A stretch of 64,000 bases of DNA from Schmidtea polychroa (lineage: Eukaryota). The stretch's first letter is position 1; each line of letters opens with the position of its first letter. The notes under the pieces were generated by a model. It searched no databases, had not been told where the DNA came from, and saw nothing but the letters and a program-made list of their open reading frames with translations. Where the stretch lies: NCBI GenBank assembly GCA_044892525.1, contig CM097888.1, positions 69,812,001 to 69,876,000 of the forward strand, in the 5' to 3' direction. Of this stretch, positions 1 through 14,142 are shown piece after piece. Position numbers and translations under genes: made by a program.

Positions 1-118
1 GCAGGATTGTATTATAGAATTTGGTAAGTATAATGCAACTTTTTCTATATTTTTGTTAAACATAAGTGTTATGATGTACGTTAGATATTTATTATTTGTA
101 TTATTTGCACCATTAGAT

Positions 119-1210
119 ATGACCGGAAGAAAAACAAAACGTTTATCTGGCGCACAATACAAAAAGCAGCGTTTAAATAAACTGAAATCAATGCAGAGTT
201 TGAAGAATTCGCTTTCAAAATATTTTGAAAATACACCAACAGCGTCGTCAAGCACACCTATAGAAATAGAAAATAATGTTACCATATCTGTTGACGATAA
301 TAAAAGTTCTAGCGATAGCGATGAGAATGAATATGAAATTTTTACAGAAATTCGGTCTGAAAATTCATCTGTTGGAAATTCATCTGACGAAAATTGTGAA
401 GCAAATATAATATTGGACGATCCAGTTATGTGGGCAAATAATATATCAAGTATTACCGCACGTAACCTTGTTGAAAGAGGACCGATTCAAATAAAAAATT
501 TCATATTTCCATTGTCAAGTGGGCGTAAATTTTCAAAAAAGTATTATTTAAGACAATTGCCGAACGGAGAAGAAACACAACGCGAATGGCTTGTGTATTC
601 AATTACTAAAAATTCTGTGTATTGTTTTTGCTGTAGGATATTTGATTTCAGTGATAAAAGCAGTCTATCCGATTCATCTGGTTTTTCTGATTGGCAACAT
701 TTATCGTTAACTTTGTCTCGACATGAAAAAAGTCAGTTTCATAATGAAAATATAAAAAAATGGATATTGTTAAATAAATCATTAAAAAATAATACTACAG
801 TTGATAGTGCGAACCAAAGACTATTACAAGCCGAACGAAAGTATTGGTATGAAGTAATTCAACGAATAATATCTATTATTCAATATCTTTCTAGGCAATG
901 CCTTGCCATAAGAGGAAAGTCAAATCAATTATATGCGAATAACAATGGAAACTTTTTGAAAGCAGTAGAAATGGTTGCCAGATTTGACCCTATTATGCAA
1001 GAGCATGTACAACGGATTGAAAAGTCTCGAAACAATTTGAAATATATGCCTCATTATTTGGGGGATAAAATACAAAACGAAATTATCAATATTATTAGCA
1101 CAAGTATTAAAAACGCTATATTAGATTTAATTAGAAAAGCAAAATTTCACAGGTCATCTTTTTGCGAAGTTGAAGATCTGACACTGTCAGATTTATTCAT
1201 TAAAATATAA
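119..1210 (+). mobile_element. hAT transposase, N-terminal half (ZMYM1-like/TTF zinc finger + DUF4371 type), 3'-truncated
   Basis: ORF 53-1210, likely ATG at 119 (MTGRK). Contains WLVYSITKNSVYCFCCRIF, GFSDWQHL..LSRHEKSQFH and LAIRG...NNGNFL..VEMVARFDP, typical of this hAT group. Similarity ends near KAKF (~1147). No TIR visible. Confidence 0.85.
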
Positions 1211-3860
1211 AATATTAAAATATTTTACAGTATTTCATGGTGGAGCATTATCTATATATATTATATACATATATATTATATATTATATCTATATATATTA
1301 TATACAAATTTGGAAAGAAGGAAGTTTCGAGCAAATTCAAACCCGAGAAATGATAATTACTGTAAAATTAAGCCAATAGCAGTCGCAGCAGTAATTTTGT
1401 GCTGAACTCTGCGTCCTGTAATAAATTGCATTAGTTTTGAATATATCAAACAAACTTGGCGACAAAGGATGACCTTGACAAATTATAAAATATTTCATTT
1501 CCTTTTTAAAATAAATTAAAATTGTGCTCATACCCATATCATATAATATCAACAAGTTACATTAAATGAATGAAACAGCAAGAAGCGAAAGCAATTTGTA
1601 GATCTTGAGACAAAAATGAAAATTAGTAACAGCCACGAGGCCAGAACATGAAGACCATTGAACATGATTATAGTGTGTTTATTATTCTAACATAGATTTA
1701 GAAAAAGCAATTTAAACATAAACAAAATATAAGTTTATAACGAAGATACAGCAGAAGAATTTCATACAAAAAAGGAAAAGTTCTTGATGATATAGTTCAA
1801 CAATTAAATACAAAAAGATGACGATGAGCTTTATAATTATTCAAGCGAAAGCACATAACATTTTTGAAACAATTTAGCAAGTACAGGTACACATAACCGC
1901 CAAGCGTTGACTCTTTAAAAAAGATACCTGAAAATTTATACATTTAAAGAGAGATTAGGATGATGTATTGTTTCAATGCCTGAACAGGTAGGACAACTTC
2001 GTTGTTAAGCTGAAGCCGAGCTAAGACTTAACTCACATGTAATATATGGAAGGAATATGTTAAATAAGGCATTTCATTTAACTTAACTAATTAACTAATT
2101 TAAATATTGTATATTAATTAATTTAGAATTTAATAAGTATGCTATGTAAACATTAATTGTAACAATGATTATATAATGAAGTGTCGGATGTTTCCTTGCT
2201 AAAGATATTGTTGGCGTAAAATAATCATCTTTTTTGAATATTGTGAATAATAATAAATATTTGAATAGTGAATTTTTATTTAATTTAAAAGGTAAACATT
2301 TCAGGGTTTCCAAATTATTTTAATTTGTTTGTTCTAGATTAGCACTCGGAATATTCCCCCTCTTTTATTGATCGATTGGGTCTCACTGCACTTTCGGTTT
2401 CCTTCAGCACTCGGGTTTCCCATGGGCTCGGGCTTTCCATTACAGATTAATTAATTTTAATTAATTTGTTTTTTCGCATTAACTTTCTCTGTGAACCCTT
2501 TATTAAATTTTCATTATGATATTTTTGGTTTTTGTACTAAGCCCAACAAATATATACTTAACAAATTTATTATAAATTCTTTTACTAATAATAAATACTA
2601 ATTAATACTAATTAATAAATACTAATCAAAAAGTTGATATTTTTACAAAAGTGCAACGCCAAATAAACGAAATGTTACGGCGCGATAAAAAAACAATAAA
2701 ACTACAAAGCAAATTACCGAACTAAATACATCAAAAAATATATGCAATACCTTTACTATTCAAAATAATCAGCCTACAAGATATCATAGACGAAATTTTA
2801 TCCAAAAATTCTTTTTTAGTATTTTAAAATAATTTTTTTATAGTTGTATGAGTTTTCCGAAAACAAAATAAAGCTAGTTAACAACCACGAAATAGTGTCG
2901 TAGAATAAAGATTATTGTAAATTTTGCATATATTAATTATCATTATTATTATTATTATTATTTTTTAATTATTATTATTATTAATTGTTATTGTTGTTGT
3001 TATATCATTATATTTATTTTTTGTCAATAGCAATTAAAAAATATTGTGAAGAAAACCATTGAAATACTGAAGATTTTTAGTTTCTCATAAATGTCAAAGT
3101 CAATCCAAGTAACGTAGAAAGTGTTGAAAACGTTGTCAATCAAAAGAACTCATTAAATCTCTGTAGCATGTTGCCGGCCGTGTGATGTGGTTCAGAAAAC
3201 TAATCATTTGTGCTAATAAAAGCAATCATTAATAGCTACCGTCATAAAGTCAATGCAGCGCATAGATTTAATGAGATATCTGTGAATTCTATTCCATAAT
3301 TGTTACTTGCACAAATCAATTCCGATTCCAGTAACACCAATTGACACTGGCGTCAATAAGAACACTTTCATTTAATACAATAGGCATCTCATTGGTGCTT
3401 TTGAGAGTCTGCGCAGCGCATCAGACACCAACTGTGATGATAACTGTTGTTCATTATTATAATCATTGTTCTCTACTGCCTAGTTTTATTTTATGATCAA
3501 TTTTCTTTGGAATGATTTTATCTGTTAAATTTTATGTGTTTTCGGTTTCTTAAATCTCAGCGTGATTCAAACAGGAATCAATTTGATGAGAAATCATTTG
3601 ATTAACAAATAACTATTTGAATAGCCCAAATGGCAGCAGCCAATAAAATATGAATGGAAATCAATAAATAATGCGGCACACACACGATAATAATAGTGAA
3701 TTAATTTCATTATGGTTATTATAATTATTTCATAGGCAGAAATTAATTTCTTAACCACAGATGATGAATACAATTTTATGATTTAGAGTAAAACATTATT
3801 GCTGTTTTATTTGCCAATAAATTTTTTCAATTGAATGATTTTTTATTTGAGACAGTGGAA

Positions 3861-4110
3861 NNNNNNNNNNNNNNNNNNNNNNNNNNNNNNNNNNNNNNNN
3901 NNNNNNNNNNNNNNNNNNNNNNNNNNNNNNNNNNNNNNNNNNNNNNNNNNNNNNNNNNNNNNNNNNNNNNNNNNNNNNNNNNNNNNNNNNNNNNNNNNNN
4001 NNNNNNNNNNNNNNNNNNNNNNNNNNNNNNNNNNNNNNNNNNNNNNNNNNNNNNNNNNNNNNNNNNNNNNNNNNNNNNNNNNNNNNNNNNNNNNNNNNNN
4101 NNNNNNNNNT
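3861..4110. other. Assembly gap (250 N)
   Basis: Run of N. Confidence 1.
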
Positions 4111-5122
4111 ACCAAGAAATCATCACTTTATACTATTATTATTATTATTATTATTATTATGAAGTTTAATTACCTAAAAATATTTAAATACAAATTGCTT
4201 GCCTAAACTGGTATTATTAAAACGACCAAATTAAATGGCGAATTAATTAATTTAATAATAATGATAATTATGCGTGTCAATACTAATTATACTTTTACTA
4301 TATAATAGTATTTGATACTTATAATACAATATATATTTTATTTATAAATTAGTTATTTAAATATCCCTAACAAATACAATGGACAGATTATTGAACACAG
4401 ACTGAAAAATTATTTCAGAAATGGATGGATAAATTATGGAAAAAGAGATTACAAATTCATCAAACGAAATATTTGCATCACAAATAATTAAAAAATGGTC
4501 GATGGACTGTCATGATAATTTGGAACTTTTAATGTAAATAAATATTTATTTAATCTCACACCTTCACACCGTGTTAGTTAAGTAAAAACATACAATTCAA
4601 TTTAAAATAATGCTTTTTTAAATACTATTTTAATATAAATTCTTAATTTTTTGTTGATTTTATTTAAAATATTTATTTCTACATTTTTGGTTAAAACCAA
4701 TTTTTAAATTATATTAATTACCCAAATTAGTGAGAAAATCATCTTGATCCATGAAATTCATATTTTAAAGAAAATTTATTGTCTAAAAATGTAGTGCCTG
4801 AAACATGCACATTTAATTTTATTAAGATTTTTTTAATTAATTAAAAGAAAATTATAGACGCATCATTGATGTAATAAACTCATCGTTGTTTAAATATTTA
4901 CATTATCTGGCCACCTTGTTTTTCAACTGATCAAAAGAAAAATAAAAATGTATTTAAAAATCTGTAATTGTAACAGTTTGTTGAACATCGTACCGCTTCA
5001 CCTCAACATCCAATGTATAATTTGTTAGGGTTCTTAAATTTAAAATTTCAAAAAAGTAAAAAGGCATATTGAAAATTCAAAATTAACAAATCATTGAATT
5101 AAAATTTGTAAAACACGTCAGA

Positions 5123-5789
5123 TGTAAAGGAGATGATGGGAAAGATCATAGCGAGAACGGATTCATCAGAATATGTTCAGAAATGGTCGAAATACCAGAA
5201 ATCATACAAAAACAGAAAATTGTTAATTAATTAAGGAAAACCTGAGTTAAGTAAACAGAAAGAAAAGTAAACAAAATGGATTCTGAAAAATCATTATCAT
5301 GACAGCATGAGTAATTGGAAAACGGGAAAAAGATTACCGCAAGAGGAACGCAGGGTGGGACAATTAATTATTTCTTTTGAAAGAGAAAGAGGAATAAGGC
5401 CGCAAAGGAAAACTTGTAAAAGGGAGCCGATCTAGTTCAAATACCATTAATCGATGCGATCATTTCAACTATATAATGGAGCTCAAATTCAGAAACAATC
5501 GGCATTTTGCCTCAGGTAGGGACGAAGAAATAGACAGTAGAGTTAGAGGAAAAATTAAAGATAGAAGATAAAGGAATCAAGTTAAATCAAAGGAGTAAAT
5601 GAAAGAGGTGATTATTGTTGCAGAACGTGCAGAACCAAAGCGGTAACAGTGAGATTTATTGAATAGTCAGTATAGACATTTTATTGCGATATTCGGAGTT
5701 TTGTAAATTGTAGATTATACGAATTTGATTATAAATATACATTGACTGTGGTTTATCTAATTATTTTTACAGAACACATGGAGTCAGAA
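5123..5789 (+). mobile_element. Possible orphan 5' LTR followed by a primer-binding site
   Basis: Ends ...TACAGAACA(CA) directly followed by TGGAGTCAGAA (5779-5789), a PBS-like sequence. The left boundary (TG at 5123) is a guess and no second LTR is seen. Confidence 0.35.
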
Positions 5790-6029
5790 ATACTGACGTT
5801 AATAATTATCTAATTAAAAAATCAACAAATTGCATCTTTGTTCTTCATATATTTGTGTTTTTGATGCTTCTAAAAAAATAGAGTGCATTTATTGATATAG
5901 CCAGTATATTGATATGTGCACTCCAGATGCTATAGGAATCCTCGACTCTCACAATTTTTTGTATGATAGGGTAAGTACTTTTTTTGGAAACTCCGAACCA
6001 TATTTTTTTTAAAATATTTTTTCTAATTA

Positions 6030-8300
6030 TTGATTATGCAACACTCTAAATTTATCAAGATTATCCGTCATAACCATACCACCCCGTCTATTAAGTACCA
6101 TTTGCGTTTATCATTAGCATTAGTTAGAGCCCTCTTATTATTTTTAATGCTAAAAAGTTGGTGGTTCTTTCTTGTTATAATAAATTGGGGGCACCGTATA
6201 AATTTCATTATTATTATAACAATTCAGATAGGACTAATGGGTTATTCCAGAATCTTTCATTGTGACCCTCTTTTCTTTCATACACCGATTACAACCCTTC
6301 ATACTATAGTATTTGTTTCTTAAAAATATTCATTCGTCATATCCAATTCCCTTGTTCTCATCTTTAAATTTCTCTATAACAGAGTCAAGGGATCTTGAAT
6401 ATAATGACTGTGTTGTCACATAATTAGAGGTATCTAATAAATTATCTCTTGTCATTGCTGGTAAAAGCGAATTTAATTTGCAATTTTTAATTTCCAATAA
6501 AAATGATATTTATTTTGCAATTATATTCTACACAATATTTTGCTAACTCAAATTATTTTTCAATAATTGAAAATCATTTTTATCAAGAGTATTTGTTGAC
6601 ACTGCCATAAGTTGTGTATTTGTGTCAATATAACTCTTGAATATAGAAGACCCTTTAAATTGATTTGCGCGATAAATTATAGTTACTTTTACCCCAATAT
6701 TTAAATTAAGTTGGAGAAGTCTCCAATGAAGAACATAGTTATTCTTGGGATAATGCGTGAGCATCAACTTCTTTGCTTTGGCGTATGAATCTTTTTAGCT
6801 GCAACTATAAAATCATCCAACTTATCATGAATAGATGCAGGTATTTCTACTTTAACGGTATAACCAAATGTGAGTAGATCTAATTTAACATTCATACAAA
6901 TTACCATCAAGTAGTTTTTGGCTCTGTGCCCAACCATACACGTTGTTAATATCTAATATATAGAGCAACTCTGTATTTACATCAGATTTTACATAATGTT
7001 TATTTACGAAGGTAATTCTCCGCGTATCCCTCCCTCAAAGAAATTAAAATTTTCCATATGTCTGGAATGCCTAGAAGTTTAAGGGTTTCAATCTGTTATG
7101 AGCTATTGATTTTTTCCTAAACAGTTGGAAATAAGCCGCAAGTAAAAAGGTATCTAATTTTAGATAAATCATCATGTAATCAAAAATTTTATTACAGTTA
7201 GTTTACCGCATATACATTGAGCCAAAGAATATTTCAGTAACACCATCCCAAATTGGTAGTAATTGGAGAGTTTCCTGAAGCACTTCAAGACTAGTAGAAA
7301 AATTGTATGGGAATATTCCCTTACTATTAAACGTTATTCCATGAAATTATCCACTAGTCAATGGTAATGATGTTAAACTATCTACCGCATTTTAAGGGGT
7401 CATTAATAAACAAACAAAAATTGATAAGTTTTATAGTTAATACATCGATTCTTGCAAGTAAACTTAAAATGTGTTCGCTAGTTATAGGAATACAATTAAT
7501 ATTCCAAGAATTGAATTTACTTAACTCAAATTTGAGATTATAATGAAGATCATGAAAAATAGCTGGTAAGACAAATCGAATTTTTGTGAAAAATTACAAT
7601 TTAAACAAACTGCACTGAAAAATATTCCGGGAAAATGATCATGATCCCTTACTGAATCAACAAATATTTTTTTAGACAAATGGCAAATTGTAGAAGATGA
7701 AAATTTTATTTGATTATTTCTATTAAATATAATTTTCTTTTTTATAATTCTTGTCGAAAAATCGGATAACTATTTCTTTACTGTAGGATAATTGTAAATA
7801 ATACCTGTTTGAAATAATATTATTTGTATGTCTGAATATCAAAAGTGTAATATTGTATTATTGATGCATGTGTGTATCTTGTTCAAAATACTTACAATAT
7901 AATTACTTCCTCCGGAAGAATAATCAGTCTTTTGATATTAATAAATTATATAACTCCAAAGTCTTCTAATATTTACCAATCAATTTATGTTCATGAAGAA
8001 ACTGATCGACACAATCTAATCATACAAAACTTTTATAAAATTTATCTACTGTTAAGTTATTTATGAAAATAAAACCACCTAAGATTGGTAAATGTTTTTG
8101 ATAATATTTTATATTTTTAGCCAAAATTACCTCAAAGTCAGCATAAATATCAAAAGGATGATATACAGTTTGTAAAACTAAGATATTTATCTTCAAGTAA
8201 TCCGAAGAGAGTGATTCCTAATTGATTATTGTAACAATATAACCATGACCAGTTAATCTGGTTATTTGCGAATAAATTGTTATTACAAAACACATGTATT
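6030..8300 (-). mobile_element. Degenerate Polinton/Maverick protein-primed DNA polymerase B
   Basis: Collinear minus-strand motifs with stops and frameshifts: PFDIYADFE (~8130), RDHDHFPGIFFSAVCLNCN (~7620), KGIFPY (~7315), FFEGGIRG (~7035), LDINNVYGWAQSQKL (~6940), KLMLTHYPKNNYVLHW...FKSYIDTNT...LLKNN (6543-6770), IEKFKDE...LRNKYYSMK (~6320-6380), KRALTNANDKR (~6120). Confidence 0.8.
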
Positions 8301-8513
8301 CAGTTTTATGTATGGACCATTTACTTCCTATTTAATTTACTTTAATTATTTTTTTATTTAATAAAGCAATACTATCTTCTAAGAAGGTATCACTCATGAG
8401 ACTAGCAGAATTTTAAATAACGAATGATTGAAATTCGTTGAATTTTTATTGAATTTTTATTGAACCCGTCTCGGTGTAACTTTATTTAATTCATTCATTA
8501 ATTGAGTTGGGAT

Positions 8514-8644
8514 CAGTGGCGTACGCAGGGGGGGGGGGTGGTTACTGGGGGTTTAACCCCCCACCCATGATTCCAACAACAATATAAAAAACTATAATTA
8601 ATAAATATATAAACTTAAAACAATTTAAGAAATATTCCGAATGC

Positions 8645-8684
<40 letters not shown>

Positions 8685-10085
8685 GCCCGACAAGAGGGGG
8701 GGGGGTTGATGGGGAAAATACCCGGGGCCTCGGAGAAAAAATCTATCATGATTTAAATCACTTGATTTTTTTATGAAAGAATCATGATTTCAATTTGTAG
8801 GAACTATGTTCCTCCTTTTGTAGTGCGTGTGTGTGGGGTACGTCTGGAGAGTGTCCGTTGCCAAGATTGCTTTCGGAACCCCCGTTGCGAAAAAGTCTAC
8901 ACGGCACAAACGCATCTTGCAGTAATGGTAAGCACATGTGGCAATCTTTTGTTTGTCAAGAGTCAAGTGCTTGCTATCACTAGTTTTTGACATTTTGAGC
9001 CTGTTTCATTATTTACAAACTCTATTATTATTTAACTTAAAGAAAAATTACAAACATTAATAGTGTAGTAAGTGTAGTTGTTTGATCAATGTGAAAATCT
9101 CCAGGAAGAAGCGGATAAAGTAATCGTGTTTGTGAACTAAGCCGAAAGTGAATAAGAAATTAACCTAAGCGTTGGGCTACAAAGCATTTCTTTACCGGTG
9201 CTGGAGTGCTGAAGTCTAATTTTCGATTATTAGTAATTAGCAGTCAATGGGAGACCGCCATCGACTCCGATATTCGCGACGTAGATGAATTAGAAATGAC
9301 ACCAAGTGACGAATTCAGAACAAATGTTTTCAATGTTTTCTTAGATTGTATTATTGGAAATATTGCAAGAAGATTTAATGCGGCTAAAGAAATTGATTCG
9401 TTATTTAATGTATTATGGTTATTTCATAACCTTAATGATGAAGAAATACAAAAGAAGTCCGAAAAATTACAAAAGGTATATGAAAATAATATTGACCATA
9501 ATCTTGGTGAAGAAATACTCCATTTAAAATCAATTTATGATGCCAATATACAAAACAAATCTCTGTCGCCCATTGAGTTACTAAACATCATTAAAAAAAT
9601 GAAACTGGATGTATTGTTTCCCAACATAATAATAGCAATAAGATTATTTTGTACGATCCCTGTAACCGTTGCTGAAGCAGAACGATCCTTTAGTGTTTTA
9701 AAAAGGATAAAAGATGTTTTGAGATCCACAATGTCACAACACCGATTGAATGATTTAGGAATGTTGTCGATTGAATCTGAAATGGCTAAGAAAATTGATT
9801 TTCAAGACGTAATTAATTTGTTTGCTAGGTGCAAGGTTCGGAAAGCAACATTCTAAAAAATAATTTGTTTTTTGTACTTTTTTTGTAATTTTAGTTGTAA
9901 ACGTTTTCATTTTTGTAAGAGAATTTTTGATGAATACATTGTTCCAATAACAATTAGGACATTTTTCGGTTTCCCGCTTCATTTATAAATAGCCCAAAGT
10001 CCGAGGGAAAAATTTTTTTTCACGCTCTTGGCAGGGGCCCCCACAAGAAGTATATCCCCGGGCCCCAAAAGTCCTCTCGGCGGCC

Positions 10086-10121
<36 letters not shown>

Positions 10122-10196
10122 CCCTCCCTCTATATACATAAAAATAATATATATAAACCCCCCCCCCCCAATGGATTCATCCTGCGTACGCGCCTG
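8514..10196. mobile_element. Non-autonomous hAT element (MITE, ~270 bp) interrupted by a nested hAT
   Basis: TIRs CAGTGGCGTACGCAGG (8514) and CCTGCGTACGCGCCTG (ends 10196). Perfect 8-bp TSD GTTGGGAT at 8506-8513 and 10197-10204. Confidence 0.9.
8682..10088 (+). mobile_element. Internally deleted hAT transposon carrying the C-terminal dimerisation domain
   Basis: TIRs CAGGCCCGACAAGAGG and CCTCTCGGCGGCCCTG (13/16 match), inserted in a (TA)n run with TATATATA on both sides. ORF 9206-9856 has LFPNIIIAIRLFCTIPVTVAEAERSFSVLKRIKDVLRSTMSQHRL. Confidence 0.9.
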
Positions 10197-10821
10197 GTTG
10201 GGATCGAAACTGTTTTCAAATTTATGGATGAAACATTCATTTTATTTTGTGCATGTTTTTTTTAAATCATAAGTTATTTCAGGTTCAAGTGAACCAACAT
10301 GTTGGTTAATAATGACTTCATTAGAAGTTGCGGCAATTGTATTATTATTATTATTAGTATTATTATTAATTATCAAAGAATTAATTATCAAAGGAATGAC
10401 CTCATCATCAGTCTGAAATAACGATAAAATCTTTTTTAATAAAAGGGTTTGGGAATTGGTAAATTAATTTTTCTTTAAAGTTATTTCATAGTTAAGCCAA
10501 CAAATTGCTGATTCCCTAAACTCGGAAAACTTATACGAGTCAATCAAAGCAGTTTGGTTAATTATGCATCACTTCTGTGTGCGCTTTGATTATTGATTGA
10601 ATTTACCTGTTAGAAGTCGCACACAGACGCGAGGCCATGTTTTGTGGGGGTTGTTGGAATGGTATGTTTTTTGATTTTATGATTAATTGGATTGATTTTT
10701 CTGGAAGTTTCAGATTTTTTGTTTTTTTTAAAGGAGGTTTTGGCGGAATTTTTTAAAATAAAGATTTTTTCTCAAGTTCTTTTTTTTATAATTTTGAATG
10801 TTATCACAAAAGAAAGAAATT

Positions 10822-11160
10822 ATGACAGAGACAGGGGATATGGTTTTAGAACTACTGCCGAAAGAGAAATTATTCGAGATATTAAAGCATAGCTTTCGTA
10901 TCTCGCTCTTGATTTTGAATACGAGCTTCCATATGGACAAATTATGACTATTGGAAATGAAAGATTCCGTTGTCCTGAATCAATGTTCCAACCATCTTTC
11001 TTGGGAATGGTAACTGTTGATATACATGAGACAACCTATAGCACCATGATGTTTATATTCGAAAGAATTTATATTCGATTACAGTGAGGAATCAACACAG
11101 TCACTCAAGAAAATAATCACCTACAAGCACTTCAACAATCGAAAAGTTATCGAAACCTAC
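10822..11160 (+). pseudogene. act: Actin pseudogene fragment (central/C-terminal part, no introns in this stretch)
   Basis: Translates [72 protein letters not shown]...IRKNLY, clearly actin. In-frame TAG at 10890-10892, a deletion of about 15 codons between DFE and YELP, and later frameshifts. Confidence 0.92.
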
Positions 11161-11189
11161 ACTATTCGAAAGAATTTATCATCATCATT

Positions 11190-13810
11190 TTTATCCCAAG
11201 TAGTATGGGAACTCTAGAACGCTCATCCTGGTGTATCGTAGTACACTGCTCTCCAATGTCACCATTTTTAACCGCGCTCTCAGATCATGTCGAAATCTCA
11301 CTCCTTTTCATCTATCAAAAATTGCCGATAAACTGGTCACAAGGTAACCTATCCGAAACGCATCTATTATCGCATCCATTTCGGACCCTTTACCACAGAA
11401 ACAAATATTTTCGTTAATAAAAGCTTTCGACGTGATACGTAATTCCTCCCAAAAATTTGGTACCCCCAAAGAACTACCAAATCAAATGCTTTTCCTGCTT
11501 TTACTTGTATTTTTTACAAGAAATTTCAATCTGACGCTAGAACATGTCACATCGGATGTTCATCGTCAAACTCCTCTTCAACTTTTAGGATTATCTCCAT
11601 TACCACAACCTCTTCGGTTTTAATGCACAAAAAATGACTTCCAGGTTGCACTTTCTTGAACAAATAAATCACAACACGACACAAACTATTACAACTCTCT
11701 CAAAAAAAGCTTCGCTGTCTGTCAACTATGGATTTTCAGGCAGCGTCTTTGCGATCCGTAACATATTTACTAACTTTTGACTCCAGCTCATGAATTCACT
11801 TTCCCGTCGATTCCGACTCATCATTTTCAATCCTTCCAAGCACGTTAAAAAACTGTCATTCACAATACCAACATTAAATTCAACGTTGCCTCACACTTTT
11901 CACATAGTAGACACGATCCACCAAACTTTTTCTGCGAAGAATCCATCATGGTGGACTGCAAAAATCGAGGTCTATCCACTATAAAACAACACATCACCTA
12001 TGAACTTACAAATTTCCCATCAAAGATAACGTCAATTTCAACGCAATCAACTCCAACGACACAACTCAACTCGATTCAATCCAATTATACGACTAAACGC
12101 GATCAACACATGTCGGACATCAACTAATTAGTTAATCCAAATACAATGGACGACATGATCAAAGAAATTTCAATCACATAACCAAACCTCATCACGAAAA
12201 ACGCAACTATACCACCTACAACTATATCAACTCACAATATCCACACATTTCCATGCAAAACACAACACAACCGAGCTAGATCTCTCTCACCGACCAAACT
12301 CGACGCAGTCAAAGTCTATAAAACACAGGCATTATACATCGTTCATCATCACCATGGGTCTCATCAATACAAGCAGTTGCAAAGAAAGACGGTTCACTCT
12401 GGTCTTGTGACGACTGCTGTCAACTGAATCAAGTGACTGTTCACGGCGCATACTCAATGCCACTTATCAAAGAGACGCTTTTCACAATCTACTATATTCT
12501 CAGCTATAGACCTCTCGAAAGCTTTATCATCAGTTTCCTATCCACATTGATGATGTTCCCAAACCATACAATTTTCAAATGGATGTTCATGCCTTTAAGG
12601 CCTCAGAAACACAACTTAGTCCTTACAATCTTCATGTACACAACTTTCCGTGCCGCTCTCTATGATTTCGCATACCTTGATGATATAATTATAGCGTTAC
12701 TTGATCGCGACAGCCATACTAAGGATTTGCACACGTTTCTCAACATCTTGAACCGTTATAATTTACAGATCAACGTAAATAAATGCAGTTTATTTTCAAA
12801 ATGCATCAGATTCCTCGGTCAGATACTCTCAAATGCGGTCTACGAGTCTTTCCCCGAACGACAACATAATCCGCAACTTCTACCTATTAACCACTGACAC
12901 ACAACTATCAAGTTCTTTGGACATGGTTAATTTCTGCTACAGATTCATTAAAAACGCGTACTACATAACGGCACCTCTTTCAGCAACGAACACAGGTAAA
13001 AAAACTCCGTGATTAAATAGTCTGACACGAAACATGAGACATTCGACAAAGTCAAGGACGTCATAGCTAAGATTAACACTCTTCACTACCCATGCAATGA
13101 CCTCCCATTTACTTTCACAACAGATACGTCCAATATCGCCACAAGTACAGTCCTTCATTAAATTAAAGACAATATTTCACTCCTAATAGAATATTTTCCA
13201 ATAAAACTTTCGTTAGCAGAGTCAAAGTACAGCGCATTTGACAGAGAATTACTTGCCATTTTCAGTCACAATTTAGAAGGAAGGAAATTAGCAATTTTCA
13301 CTGACCATTAGCCTCTCGTCGTCCTATTCTACACTCTTCGTTTCATAAAGAAGCATTCCTCACGATTCACAATCTACACCATCCAGGAATTAAGTCCACG
13401 TGCAATCATCTACGTCAAAATGTCACCTGGTTCTCATTAACTAAAGACGTAAAACAATGAATGTTTGAATGTGATGGGTGCCAACAACACAAAGTGAACA
13501 GACACACTATACCACTAATCAGTCCATTACCAACGGGTTTGAGATTCGACACACTCCACATTTACATAGTAGACAAACTCCCAGCAGACGACAGATTATG
13601 CTATATTCTGACAATGATTGACCAGAAAACACTCTGGTTTGATGTCGTTCCCATTCTTGACAACACCACACACTAGACATGACTTAGTATCCATCTGGTT
13701 TTCACGTTATGGAATTCCAAATGCAATCATCACAGACCAAGTTCGAATCGAACCTTTCTAATCATCTTACCACCAACCTCAACATCAAACATTTACGAAC
13801 CACCCCAAAC
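11190..13810 (+). mobile_element. Degenerate Ty3/Gypsy retrotransposon internal region
   Basis: Decayed RT (SSPW...KKDGS, FAYLDDIII at ~12670), RNase H (TTDTSNIATSTVL, KYSAFDRELLAIF, IFTDH*PL) and integrase (CQQHKVNRH...RFDTLHI, WFSRYGIPNAIITDQ) in Gypsy order, with many stops. No LTRs identified. Confidence 0.85.
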
Positions 13811-14142
13811 AAATATTTATTAAATTTTTATGATTGAGTATTTATTTTTTAATTTTTTTGAAAGTTGTTATTTAAATGTTATAGTTTCATGTTTCTTTCT
13901 TCAAGTGATACTGTATATTAATAATTTTAATGATTAAAATATATTTATAATTATAAAAAAATATAAATAATAACAAATAAAATCTCATTATTTTAAAACG
14001 TGAATTACTTGAATTTCATTATTTTCAATGTAAATTGTACAAATATGTTGCTGAGGATAGGAAAGGAGATTAGAAGTTATGAAAGTAAAAAGTTTGTATT
14101 TATTAATAAATATTATTATTATTATTCAAATAATTATAATTT

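Noticed and set aside
3827-4206. ORFs of X residues here and at 15400-15776
   Set aside because: Artefacts of N gaps.
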